Positions 37,502 to 46,855 of a stretch of 64,000 nucleotides of DNA are shown here, piece by piece. The stretch is from Dehalococcoidia bacterium (lineage in GTDB: Bacteria; Chloroflexota; Dehalococcoidia; UBA2979): NCBI GenBank assembly GCA_963667465.2, contig CAXXDN010000002.1, forward strand, positions 800,001 to 864,000. The letters are read 5' to 3'. The position numbers were made by a program, and so were the translations under genes. The stretch's first letter is position 1. Every line of letters begins with the position of its first letter. Below the pieces are notes generated by a model. It did not search any database and was not told the origin of the DNA. It saw nothing but the letters and a program-made list of their open reading frames with translations.

Positions 37502-38787
37502 TCGAGCCGTCGCAGCCGCGGCAGGAACGCCAGCATCGCGAGCGTCAGGACGACGAGCACGGCCGAGACGGTGCCGAACGCCCATTGCCCGCCGACCTGC
37601 TCGGCGAAGAGACCGAACAGCACGGCTCCGAAGGACATGATCCCGAACTCCGTCATGTAGAGGGACATCACGCGCCCGCGATACTCGTCGAGCGAGTACT
37701 GCTGCAGCAGCACGTTGCCCAGCGCCTGCCGCCCCGCGCTGCCGATGCCGACGAACAGCATGAAGAAGCCGCTCAGCCAGATCAGCCTCGTCGAGGCGAA
37801 CCCGATCAGCGCCACGCCGACGAACAGCGAGCTCAGCAGCAGGAGCAGCCCGCGGCGCCTCGCGGGCAACGAGGCGAGCACAAGCGATCCCCCGAGCGAT
37901 CCGACCGCGCTCACGGCGATCAGCAGCCCGAGCTCGATCGCGCCGCCGCCGAGCACTTCGGTCACGAAGCCGGGCAGCATGATCTGGTACGGCAGCGCCA
38001 GCAGCGCGCCGACCATGCCGGCGACGAGGAGCAGGGCGAGCGTGCGTTCGGCGATGACGTAGCGCACGCCCTCGACGAGGTCGGCGTACCCGCTGGTGCG
38101 TCTGGAGCGGGCCGCAGGCTCGTAGTGCAGCCGCACCTGCCCGAGCGTGACGACGGCGAACCCGTAGAGCCCGGCCATCAGGAAGTAGACCCACTCGGCG
38201 CCGATGAAGGCGATCATGAATCCGCCGGCCGCCGGGGCGGCAAGCCGCATCAGGTTCGACGCCGCGGCGCTCAGCGAGACGGCGTTCATCAGCCGCTCCA
38301 TGCCGACGACCTCCGGCAGGATCGCCTGCCTCGAAGGCATCATCAGCGCAAGCGCGATGCCGTGCGCCACGCCCGCAACCAGCAGGTGCATGAACTCAAG
38401 CAGGTCGAACAGCAGCAGCAGACCGACGATGACGGCGGTGACGGCGTTGGCGAGCTGCCCCAGTTGCAGCACCAGCTTCTTCGGCGCGCGGTCCGCGAGC
38501 ACGCCGCCGAAGACCGAGAGGATGAGCATCGGCGCGGCGCTTCCGAGAGAGATCACGCCGAGCGCGGCGAAGCTGCCCGTGAGATCGAATGCCAGGAAGC
38601 CGCGCGCCAGCATCTGCATGTTCATCGCGGCCATCTGGCCAAGCAGGGCGAGGTAGAACCAGCGGAAGTCGCGGTCGGAGAACGAGTCGAAGGTGCGGAG
38701 CTGCCGTCCGCCTCCAGATGCTCCGCCCTCCCCCGGCGGCCGCTCGACCGGGCGCTCGGCAGCGCCCTGGGTCGGGGCGGCGGTCAC
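37498..38787 (-). CDS. MFS transporter
   Basis: DRDFRWF, GGVLADRAPKK, PSRQAILPEVV and RGRVMS. Confidence 0.9.
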   Translation of the reverse strand: MTAAPTQGAAERPVERPPGEGGASGGGRQLRTFDSFSDRDFRWFYLALLGQMAAMNMQMLARGFLAFDLTGSFAALGVISLGSAAPMLILSVFGGVLADRAPKKLVLQLGQLANAVTAVIVGLLLLFDLLEFMHLLVAGVAHGIALALMMPSRQAILPEVVGMERLMNAVSLSAAASNLMRLAAPAAGGFMIAFIGAEWVYFLMAGLYGFAVVTLGQVRLHYEPAARSRRTSGYADLVEGVRYVIAERTLALLLVAGMVGALLALPYQIMLPGFVTEVLGGGAIELGLLIAVSAVGSLGGSLVLASLPARRRGLLLLLSSLFVGVALIGFASTRLIWLSGFFMLFVGIGSAGRQALGNVLLQQYSLDEYRGRVMSLYMTEFGIMSFGAVLFGLFAEQVGGQWAFGTVSAVLVVLTLAMLAFLPRLRRLD

Positions 38788-38933
38788 GAAGCGAGACCGC
38801 TCGCGAGGGCGGCGGAGACTGACGGTCTGCGGGAGCGTGCGATCATCTCCGCAGTCTAGGCGATGATGCCCGGGGTTGCCCCGGCCGTGTCGTACGGTGT
38901 AACGCAAGTGGGTCAGGAACGACGTGGGTAGCC

Positions 38934-38961
38934 TTGACGGGCTGTTCGCTATTTGCGAACA
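38934..38961 (+). promoter_or_regulatory. TA-operon promoter (TTGACG) with TGTTCGC-N5-GCGAACA operator palindrome
   Basis: Perfect 7-bp inverted repeat at 38943-38961, between TTGACG and the AGGAGG RBS. Confidence 0.6.
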
Positions 38962-38982
38962 TCAGGAGGAATCAGGCCGGGC

Positions 38983-39240
38983 ATGACAATCGAGTGGGGG
39001 AGCAAAGCGATTCGGGACATGCGCCGCCTGCCTGCACGGGAGCGGGAGCGCATCATCGCCAGGATCGAGCAGTACGCCGCGAACCCGGCGTCACTCGCGA
39101 GGCAGGTGGTCGCGTTGACCGGGGGTCCGTACAGGCGGCTGCGAGTCGGCGACTATCGCGTGATCTTCAATGTCGAGCAGGGCAACCCCGCGGTCATGGC
39201 CGTGTTGAGGGTCCGGCACAGGAGAGAGGCATATGACTGA
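38983..39240 (+). CDS. RelE/ParE-family toxin (HigB-like position)
   Basis: IEWGSKAIRDM..L, YRRLRVGDYRVIF and RVRHRREAY. Confidence 0.9.
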   Translation: MTIEWGSKAIRDMRRLPARERERIIARIEQYAANPASLARQVVALTGGPYRRLRVGDYRVIFNVEQGNPAVMAVLRVRHRREAYD

Positions 39241-39625
39241 CAAGGACACAGTCACTCTGCCCCGTACGGAGTACGAGGCCCTGATCGAGCGCAACAGCGA
39301 GCTTGAGGACACGCTTGCCGCCATCGAGGCGGACGACGGCAACCGCGTGCCGCACGAGGTGGCGCTCGCGATGATTCGCGGCGAGAGCCCGCTCCTCGCG
39401 TTCCGCAGCCACTTCGGACTGACGCTGCGCCAGCTCGCCGCGCGGACCGGGATCGCCGCCAGCTACCTGTCTGAGATCGAGCGCGGGCACAAGCCGGGCT
39501 CCACCTCCGCCCTGGCCCGCATCGCCGAGGCGTTCGGCTCCACGATCGACGCCCTGCTCAGTGATCGGGAGTTGCCCGGAGGCGAGCTGCTGGTAGCGGA
39601 GGACGAGCCCGAATACCCGCGATGA
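39233..39625 (+). CDS. Xre/HTH_3 antitoxin (HigA-like)
   Basis: VTLPRTEYEAL and GLTLRQLAARTGIAASYLSEIERG; overlaps the toxin stop. Confidence 0.88.
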   Translation: MTDKDTVTLPRTEYEALIERNSELEDTLAAIEADDGNRVPHEVALAMIRGESPLLAFRSHFGLTLRQLAARTGIAASYLSEIERGHKPGSTSALARIAEAFGSTIDALLSDRELPGGELLVAEDEPEYPR

Positions 39626-39689
39626 TCGGCGCGGTTGCCGCGCGGGAGGCCCCCCGCTAGGGTTCGCAACGCGAGACGGGAGGACCGCG

Positions 39690-40478
39690 ATGCCGATGCT
39701 CGATGTGGACGGGGCCAGGCTGCACTACCACGAGCAGGGAGCCGGCGAGACGATCGTCCTCACCGCCGCCTACAACACCCCCTCGAAGTTCTGGGGCCCG
39801 CTGGCCCCGACGCTCGCCAAGAACTTCCGCGTCGTGACCTACGACGTGCGTGGTTTCGGCGACACGGAGATCGAGACCGAGAGCGCCAACGTCGATATCG
39901 CCGCAGACGACCTGCACGCGCTGATTCAGCACGTCAGCGACGGCCCCGTGTTGTCGCTCGGGCATGCCTTCGGGGGCGGGGTCGCCGCCAACCACGTCGT
40001 GCGCAACCCGGACGCCGTGCGCGGGCTGATCCTCGTCAACGCCGGCGGCATGTTTGCCGGCGATCCTGCGGCCTCCGCCAACATGTACTCGCTCTCCACC
40101 AAGCGCGGCCTCGATGCCGATGGCTTCGCGGAGCTCTTCGTGGAGACCTACTGCGGCGCGGGGTTCGGCGAGACCGAGGAGCAGCGCGCGCTCCTCGACG
40201 GGATGTTCGAGGACCGCAGCCCGCGCGAGAAGGTGATGATGGCGCTGTCGATCCTCGGCTCGTCGAACGCCGACAAGTACTGGGCGCAGTGGTCGCATCC
40301 GACGCTGCTGATCTACGGCACCGCCGACCGCGTTGCGGTGCCACTCAACGGCTTCGACCTCGCGAGGGCGCTGCCCAACTCCGAGCTGCACTGGCTCCGC
40401 GGCGCCGGACACTACAGCCCCTGGGAGCGCCCCGATCGCATCGCCGAGCTGGTTGGCGAGTTCGCGGCGAGCCTCTAG
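39690..40478 (+). CDS. Alpha/beta-hydrolase fold protein with nucleophile Ser replaced by Ala
   Basis: YDVRGFG, GHAFGG elbow, GTAD and GAGH...E.P. Confidence 0.85.
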   Translation: MPMLDVDGARLHYHEQGAGETIVLTAAYNTPSKFWGPLAPTLAKNFRVVTYDVRGFGDTEIETESANVDIAADDLHALIQHVSDGPVLSLGHAFGGGVAANHVVRNPDAVRGLILVNAGGMFAGDPAASANMYSLSTKRGLDADGFAELFVETYCGAGFGETEEQRALLDGMFEDRSPREKVMMALSILGSSNADKYWAQWSHPTLLIYGTADRVAVPLNGFDLARALPNSELHWLRGAGHYSPWERPDRIAELVGEFAASL

Positions 40479-40511
40479 CCAGGATCCGAGGGCGCTGCGA
40501 GGGCACGGCGT

Positions 40512-41288
40512 GTGACGCAACGCCTCGACGCCAACGTCGCCGTCGTCACCGGCGCCGCCTCCGGCGCCGGACGGGCGATGGCGCAGCGCTGTGCTTCCGA
40601 AGGCGCCGCCGTGCTCTGCGCCGACCTCAACGAGGACGGCCTCGCCGGGACGGTCGCGAGCATCGAGGCCGCCGGCGGACGCGCCGCCGCACGGCGCGTC
40701 GACGTCTCCCGCGAGTCCGATGTCGAGGCGATGCTGCAGGAGGCCGTCGAGCGGTTCGGGCGGCTCGATCTGCTGTTGAATAACGCGGCCGTCGGGGGCG
40801 GCGTCGGCGACTGGTCGCGGACAATTGCGGTCAACCTCGAGGGCGTCTACTACGGGCTGCAACACGGTGCGGCGCTGCTTGCCGAGCAGGGCGGCGGCGC
40901 GATCGTCAGCACGGCCTCGGTCGGCGCGCTGGTCGCGCTGCGCCACCACCGGCTGCCGCGCGACGGCGGCACGCTGCCCTCGGGTCCGCTCGGCTACGTC
41001 GCCGCCAAGGCTGGAGTCGTGGGCCTGACGAGGCAGTTCGCCGTCGTCTACGGGCGGCGCGGCGTGCGCGTCAACGCGATCGCCCCCGGCGGCATCGACA
41101 CGCCGATGCTGCGTGGCGGCAGCGACTTCAGCGAGGGCGACCCGCACCCCGCCGACGCGATCCACCCGCTCGGCCGCATCGCGCGGCCCTCGGAGATCGC
41201 GGCTGCGGCGGTCTTCCTCGCAAGCGACGAGGCGGCGTTCATTACCGGCGTCGTGCTGCCCGTCGACGGCGGCTACACCGCGATGTAG
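40512..41288 (+). CDS. Short-chain dehydrogenase/reductase
   Basis: TGAASGAG, NNAA, YVAAK and VDGGY. Confidence 0.9.
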   Translation: MTQRLDANVAVVTGAASGAGRAMAQRCASEGAAVLCADLNEDGLAGTVASIEAAGGRAAARRVDVSRESDVEAMLQEAVERFGRLDLLLNNAAVGGGVGDWSRTIAVNLEGVYYGLQHGAALLAEQGGGAIVSTASVGALVALRHHRLPRDGGTLPSGPLGYVAAKAGVVGLTRQFAVVYGRRGVRVNAIAPGGIDTPMLRGGSDFSEGDPHPADAIHPLGRIARPSEIAAAAVFLASDEAAFITGVVLPVDGGYTAM

Positions 41289-41356
41289 CCGCGCCGCAAC
41301 CACCGCGCGCCTGGACTCAGACCGACACGCTTGAGACGACCGAGGGGCGGGCAGCG

Positions 41357-42241
41357 ATGCAGGACTTCCATGGCAGGGTCGCCGTCGTCACCGGCGCGGC
41401 GAGCGGCATCGGGCGCGGGCTCGCGCAACGCTTCGCCGAGGAAGGCATGCGCGTCCTGCTCGCCGACGTCGAGGCGGACGCCCTCGATGTGGCTGTCGAG
41501 GAGCTGCGGGCGGCGGGGCACGAGGTGCGCGGCGAGCAGGTGGACGTCTCCAGCCAGGACTCGGTCGCTGCGCTCGCGGAGGCGGCGTTCGCCGCCTGGG
41601 GCGGGGTGCACGTGGTGTGCAACAACGCCGGCGTCGCGGCGGTCAACGACTGGGGCTCGCTGCACCCGGAGGGCGGCGTGCCGATGTGGGAGCTGACGCT
41701 CGATGACTGGCGCTGGACCTACGGCGTGAACTTCTGGGGCGTGCTCCACGGCATCCGCGCCTTCGCGCCGCTGCTGATCGAGCAGGGCGAGCCGGCGCAC
41801 ATCGTCAACACCGGCTCCGTGCAGAGCTTCCAGGGCAACACCAGCCTCGTCGCCTACAGCTCGACGAAGTTCGCCGTCGGGCGCATCACCGAGGCGTTGC
41901 AGATGCAGCTGCGGGAGCTCGGGTCGCCGGTGCGCGCGCACCTGCTCTGCCCCGGCGGCGTCGCGACCCGCAGCTACCTCGCGGAGCGCAACCGGCCGCC
42001 CGCGTTGCAAAACCCCGACCCGGCAGCGGGCGACCCGGAGCGCGCGGCCGCCTTCGAGCGCGCGCGCGAGGAGACCGGCGAGAGCATGGGCCGCAACATG
42101 CCGCCCTCGGGCGTCGCGGCGGCGGTGATCGAGGGACTGCGTGCGGAGCGCTTCTACATCTTCTCGCACGGGACCGACTTCGACGCCCGGATTCGCGCAC
42201 GCATGGAGCGGATCATCGCGCGCAAGGAGCCGCAGCCCTGA
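41357..42241 (+). CDS. Short-chain dehydrogenase/reductase
   Basis: [13 protein letters not shown] and YSSTK. Confidence 0.92.
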   Translation: MQDFHGRVAVVTGAASGIGRGLAQRFAEEGMRVLLADVEADALDVAVEELRAAGHEVRGEQVDVSSQDSVAALAEAAFAAWGGVHVVCNNAGVAAVNDWGSLHPEGGVPMWELTLDDWRWTYGVNFWGVLHGIRAFAPLLIEQGEPAHIVNTGSVQSFQGNTSLVAYSSTKFAVGRITEALQMQLRELGSPVRAHLLCPGGVATRSYLAERNRPPALQNPDPAAGDPERAAAFERAREETGESMGRNMPPSGVAAAVIEGLRAERFYIFSHGTDFDARIRARMERIIARKEPQP

Positions 42242-42272
42242 TCCCGGTCCAAAGATCGGCTATCGTGCGCCC

Positions 42273-42719
42273 ATGACCGCTGACGACCGCCTCGCCATCC
42301 TCGATCAGATCGGCCGCTACTCCTACGCGGTCGACGCGTTCGACGGCGACGCATTCGCTGCGCGCTTCACCGCCGACGGCGTCTTCGAGCGCCGCGCGAT
42401 CGGCTCGGACGGGCCGTACGAGGTGATCGCGGGCCACGCGGCGCTGCGAAGCTGGATCCTCGGCATCCTCGAGACGCTCCCCGAGGGCGTGATCACTCGT
42501 CACCACCAGCGCGCAACGGTCTTCGAGGAGCTGAACGCGGACGCGGCGCGCACCCGCACGATGCTGCTGCTGACGAGCATCGGCCCCGGCGATCGCCACC
42601 CGCGAACGGTGAGCAGCGGCGTCTACCGCGACGAGTGGCGCCGCACTGCCAACGGCTGGCGCATCGCGCGGCGCATCGCCGACATGGACCGGCCGGCCCC
42701 GGACGCGGCGCGTGGCTGA
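42273..42719 (+). CDS. SnoaL/NTF2-like (LinA/BaiE-like) protein
   Basis: DRLAI...RYSYAVD..D...FT.DG, TRHH and GVYRDEW.R...GWRI..R. Confidence 0.85.
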   Translation: MTADDRLAILDQIGRYSYAVDAFDGDAFAARFTADGVFERRAIGSDGPYEVIAGHAALRSWILGILETLPEGVITRHHQRATVFEELNADAARTRTMLLLTSIGPGDRHPRTVSSGVYRDEWRRTANGWRIARRIADMDRPAPDAARG

Positions 42720-43005
42720 GGTGCGCATCGTCGGCAAGGCGATGGACGACCTCGCCGACGACTGGCACTGGGTGGTGTTGCATGCCGCCGAGGAGTTGGA
42801 GCCGCGCCTCTACTTCACCGCCCGCGTCGACACCGTCTGTGGCATCCTCATCGCGGATCGTCCGAGGAAGGTGCGGCTCTTCGACATGGGCGCGCCGGAC
42901 GAGCCGACCTGCCCGACCTGTAACAAGGACGGCCTGCCGCCCGGAATCCTCGCCGACGTGCGCGAGGCAATTGAGCGCGGCGAGCGCGAACCGGTGGAGG
43001 TCTAG
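42712..43005 (+). CDS. Small hypothetical protein with putative H/C zinc finger
   Basis: GC-rich codon usage, overlap with the upstream stop, and WH...VCG...CPTC. Confidence 0.6.
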   Translation: MAEVRIVGKAMDDLADDWHWVVLHAAEELEPRLYFTARVDTVCGILIADRPRKVRLFDMGAPDEPTCPTCNKDGLPPGILADVREAIERGEREPVEV

Positions 43006-43040
43006 CCCCGGCCACCGGGCGCGGCGATATACTGCGCGCA

Positions 43041-45881
43041 ATGGCCCTCGATCTGTCGGACCGCCCGAACCTCCTCGTCATCCTCGATTCGCACGGCATC
43101 ATCTATCGCTCGTACTACGCGCTGCGCGACAGCTTCGCGAGCACCGTGCGGCGCACCGGCGAGCCGGTCTGGGCCGTCTACGGCTACGCGAACTCGCTGC
43201 TCTACGTCCTCGACGAGCTGCGGCCGACGCACATCATCGCGGCCTGGGACGCCCCCACCCCTACCTTCCGCCACGAGGCCGACGCCGACTACAAGGCGAC
43301 CCGCGCGCCGACGCCCGACGACCTGAAGCCGCAGATCGAACGCGTGCGCGATGTGCTGGGCGCGTTCCGGATTCCCCTGATCGAGGCGCCGGGCTTCGAG
43401 GCCGACGACGTCCTCGGCACCCTCGCCACGCAGGCGAAGGCGGCGGGCGTCGAAACCGTTATCGTGACGCTCGACAACGACATGGTGCAGCTCGTCCAAC
43501 CGGGCGTGAAGGTGCTGATGTACCGGCCGTACCAGAGAGATTATGTCCTGTATGACACCGAGGGAGTGCGTGATCGCTGGGGCTTCGAGCCCGAGCAGAT
43601 CCCCGATTTCAAGGCCCTCGTCGGCGACAACACCGACAACATCGCCGGCGTCCGTGGCATCGGCGACAAGGGCGCGAAGGCGCTGATCGGTGAGTGGGGC
43701 ACGCTTGAAGGGATGATCGAGCACCTCGACGAGATCAAGCCGGCGCGCGCCCGGAAGGCGCTGGCCGCGGCCGTCGAGGAAGCCCGCCACTACAAGCGCA
43801 TGGCCACCATCGTCACGGACGTGCCGGACGTCACCCTCGAGCTCGACTCGGCGCTCGTGCACGACTACGACCGCGCGGCCGTGCTCTCGCTCTTCCAGGA
43901 GCTCGAGTTCCGCTCGCTCGTCGGGCGGCTGCCGCAGCACGCCGACGACGCGGACAGTAGCGGCGAGCAGCCCGAGGGCGCGATCACCAGCGGCGGCGAG
44001 TACGAGGTCGTAACGACGGCCGAGCGCCTCGGGGAGGTCGTCGAGGCCGTGCGCGCGGCCGGGCGCTTCGGGTTCGAGCTGTTGGCCGACGACGAGCATC
44101 CGATGCGCGCGGCCTACGGCCTCGTCGGCCTCGCGCTCAGCATCGAGCCGGGCACGGGCTGGTACCTCCCGTTCGGCCACACGCAGGAGCCGCTGCCGCC
44201 GAAGGCGGGCCAGCAGGAGCTGATGATGGACGCGCCGGAGCCCGTGGCGCCGGTCGTCCAGCTCCCGCGCGACGCCGTCCTCGAGGCCGCTCGCGCGCTG
44301 TTCACGGACCCGGACCTGCAGCGCGTCTCCAACAGCGGCAAGACGCAGTTGCTTGCGCTCGCGCAGACGCCCGGTGGGGTCTGGACCGAGAGCATCGACT
44401 TCGACAGCTCGATCGCCGCGTACGTGCTGGGCGAGCGCGCGCGCGATATTCGCGGGCTCGCGTTCGAGCGGCTGGGCCACGAGCTGCCCGAGGCGAAGAG
44501 TCTGCTCGGCACGGGCCGCAAGGCGATCCCCTTCTCGCGCACCGACCCCGAGGACGCCGCGGGCCTCGCCGCCGGCGCCGCCGACGCGACGCTGCGCCTC
44601 TCCGGCGAGCTGCTCGTGGACCTTGAGGCGAACGACCTCGACCGCGTCTTCCGCGAGATCGATCTGCCGCACCTGCCGGTGCTCGCTCGCATGGAGCAAT
44701 ACGGCCTCGCCGTGGACCGCGAAGCGCTCGCAATCCTCGGTGCGGAGCTGGCCGAGCTGACGGACGGAGCGCAGGACGAGGTCTTCTCCGCGGTCGGCCA
44801 CGAATTCCAGATCGGTTCGCCCCAGCAGCTCTCCCACGTGCTCTTCGAGGAGCTGGAGTTGCCCCGGACGCGCAAGACGGCGACGGGCTGGACGACAGAC
44901 GCGAACGCCCTGGAGCCGCTCCGCCAGGCGCACCCCGCCGTCGAGGCCGTGCTGCGCTGGCGCGAATTGACGAAGATCCGATCGACCTACGTGGACACGC
45001 TGCCAGGGCAGATCCACCCGATCACGGGGCGCGTTCACACGGTGTTCTCGCAGACGACTGCCGCCACCGGGCGGCTCTCCTCGAATGACCCGAACCTGCA
45101 GAACATCCCCGTGCGCACGGAGATCGGCGCGGCGGTGCGCAACGCCTTCGTCGCGCGCGACTGCGGCGACGATCCGATCCTGCTCTCGCTCGACTACTCA
45201 CAGATCGAGCTGCGCATCCTCGCCCACGTCTCCGGCGATGAGGAGCTGCGGCGCGCCTTCCTCGAGGGCGAGGACATCCACCGCGCGACGGCATCGAACG
45301 TCTTCCACGTCGGGCCCGACGAGGTGGATGCGGAGATGCGGCGTCGCGCGAAGGTGTTCAACTTCGGCGTGCTCTACGGCCTCACGGCGTTCGGCCTGTC
45401 GCAGCGCGAGGGCATCCCGCGGGACGAGGCCGAGGAGTTCATCCGCGCCTACTTCGCCGCCTACCCGCAGGTTGCGCACTGGCGCGATGCCGTCGTAACC
45501 GAGGCGCGCGACCGCGGCTACGCGGAGACGCTGACCGGCCGCCGCCGCTACATCCCGGAGCTCGGTTCGCGGAACCACAACCGCCGCCTCGCTGCCGAGC
45601 GGATCGCGATCAACATGCCGATCCAGGGCGCCGCCGCCGACATCATCAAGATCGCCATGAACCAGATCGACGCCGAGCTCATCGCCCACCGCGCTCACGG
45701 CGGACGGGCGCGCATGGTGCTGCAGGTCCACGACGAGCTCCTGTTCGAGCTCCCGCGCGAGGAACTCGACGCAGTGCGCGAGATCGCGCGCCGTCTCATG
45801 CCGGCCGTGCAGCTCTCGGTGCCGCTCGACCTCGACGAGAAGTACGGCCGCTCCTGGGGCGAGATGGTCGAGACGGCGTGA
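43041..45881 (+). CDS. polA: DNA polymerase I
   Basis: 5'-exonuclease motifs (FEADDV, GDNTDNI.GV.GIG.K), TGRLSSNDPNLQNIP, DYSQIELR and LQVHDEL. Confidence 0.97.
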   Translation: MALDLSDRPNLLVILDSHGIIYRSYYALRDSFASTVRRTGEPVWAVYGYANSLLYVLDELRPTHIIAAWDAPTPTFRHEADADYKATRAPTPDDLKPQIERVRDVLGAFRIPLIEAPGFEADDVLGTLATQAKAAGVETVIVTLDNDMVQLVQPGVKVLMYRPYQRDYVLYDTEGVRDRWGFEPEQIPDFKALVGDNTDNIAGVRGIGDKGAKALIGEWGTLEGMIEHLDEIKPARARKALAAAVEEARHYKRMATIVTDVPDVTLELDSALVHDYDRAAVLSLFQELEFRSLVGRLPQHADDADSSGEQPEGAITSGGEYEVVTTAERLGEVVEAVRAAGRFGFELLADDEHPMRAAYGLVGLALSIEPGTGWYLPFGHTQEPLPPKAGQQELMMDAPEPVAPVVQLPRDAVLEAARALFTDPDLQRVSNSGKTQLLALAQTPGGVWTESIDFDSSIAAYVLGERARDIRGLAFERLGHELPEAKSLLGTGRKAIPFSRTDPEDAAGLAAGAADATLRLSGELLVDLEANDLDRVFREIDLPHLPVLARMEQYGLAVDREALAILGAELAELTDGAQDEVFSAVGHEFQIGSPQQLSHVLFEELELPRTRKTATGWTTDANALEPLRQAHPAVEAVLRWRELTKIRSTYVDTLPGQIHPITGRVHTVFSQTTAATGRLSSNDPNLQNIPVRTEIGAAVRNAFVARDCGDDPILLSLDYSQIELRILAHVSGDEELRRAFLEGEDIHRATASNVFHVGPDEVDAEMRRRAKVFNFGVLYGLTAFGLSQREGIPRDEAEEFIRAYFAAYPQVAHWRDAVVTEARDRGYAETLTGRRRYIPELGSRNHNRRLAAERIAINMPIQGAAADIIKIAMNQIDAELIAHRAHGGRARMVLQVHDELLFELPREELDAVREIARRLMPAVQLSVPLDLDEKYGRSWGEMVETA

Positions 45882-45902
45882 GCCGCCGGCCCCCGCTGCG
45901 CG

Positions 45903-46733
45903 ATGCCTGAGCTGCCCGAGGTCGAAACCATCCGCCGCGGCCTGGAGCCGCGAGTCGTCGGGCGCACCATCGAGGCGGTGCGGATCCACGCCGGCGCAGA
46001 GCGGCTGGCGGTCACCCACTCCCCGCGCGAGTTCGAGCGCGAGCTGCCAGGGCGGCGCATCGAGGCGCTCGGGCGACACGGCAAGTACCTGATCGCCGCC
46101 CTCGATGACGGCCGCCACTGGGTGCTGCACCTGCGTATGACAGGCGTACTGCTGATCGGCGAGCGCTCGGCGCCCAGCGAGCGCTTCGAGCGCGCACGCG
46201 TCGACCTCGACGACGGCTGCGCGCTGCGCCTCAACGACATCCGCAAGTTCGGCACCTGGCACCTCGTCGAGGATCCTCAGGAGGCGATGCCGCGCATCGG
46301 GCCGGACGCGCTGTCCGGGGAGTTCAGCGTGCGCTGGCTGCGAGACGCTCTCGGCCGGCGCACGGTGGCGGTGAAGTCGGCGCTGCTCGATCAGCGGGTG
46401 GCGGCGGGGGTCGGCAACATCTACGCCGACGAGGCGCTGTGGATCGCCGGGATCGACCCGCGCACGCCCGCTGGATCGATCGGCCCGCGCCGCGTCGCAC
46501 GGCTGCACGCGGCGCTGCTGGAGACGCTGCGCGACGGGCTGGCCGACGGCGGGAGCTCCTTCGACGACTACCGCGACGCCTTCGGGCTGACCGGCGGGCA
46601 CCATCTGCGCGTCCACGTCTTTCGCCGCGAGGGCGAGCCGTGCGAGCGCCCTCGCTGCCACGGACGCGAGATCCGCAAGATCCGCCTCGGCGGACGCGCC
46701 ACGCACTACTGCGTGAGCTGTCAGCGCCGCTGA
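45903..46733 (+). CDS. mutM: Formamidopyrimidine-DNA glycosylase
   Basis: MPELPEVE, HLRMTG, GVGNIYADE and C-terminal zinc finger. Confidence 0.96.
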   Translation: MPELPEVETIRRGLEPRVVGRTIEAVRIHAGAERLAVTHSPREFERELPGRRIEALGRHGKYLIAALDDGRHWVLHLRMTGVLLIGERSAPSERFERARVDLDDGCALRLNDIRKFGTWHLVEDPQEAMPRIGPDALSGEFSVRWLRDALGRRTVAVKSALLDQRVAAGVGNIYADEALWIAGIDPRTPAGSIGPRRVARLHAALLETLRDGLADGGSSFDDYRDAFGLTGGHHLRVHVFRREGEPCERPRCHGREIRKIRLGGRATHYCVSCQRR

Positions 46734-46855
46734 CAGGCCCGCTGGCGACACAAGCACGGGTTGCGGCCCGCGCGCCGTGCTTGTGAGCCTCGGAACGCGC
46801 TGGTACGGTCCGCACCGGAACTCACAGGCGCCGGACTGAAGACGGGCCGGACGGC

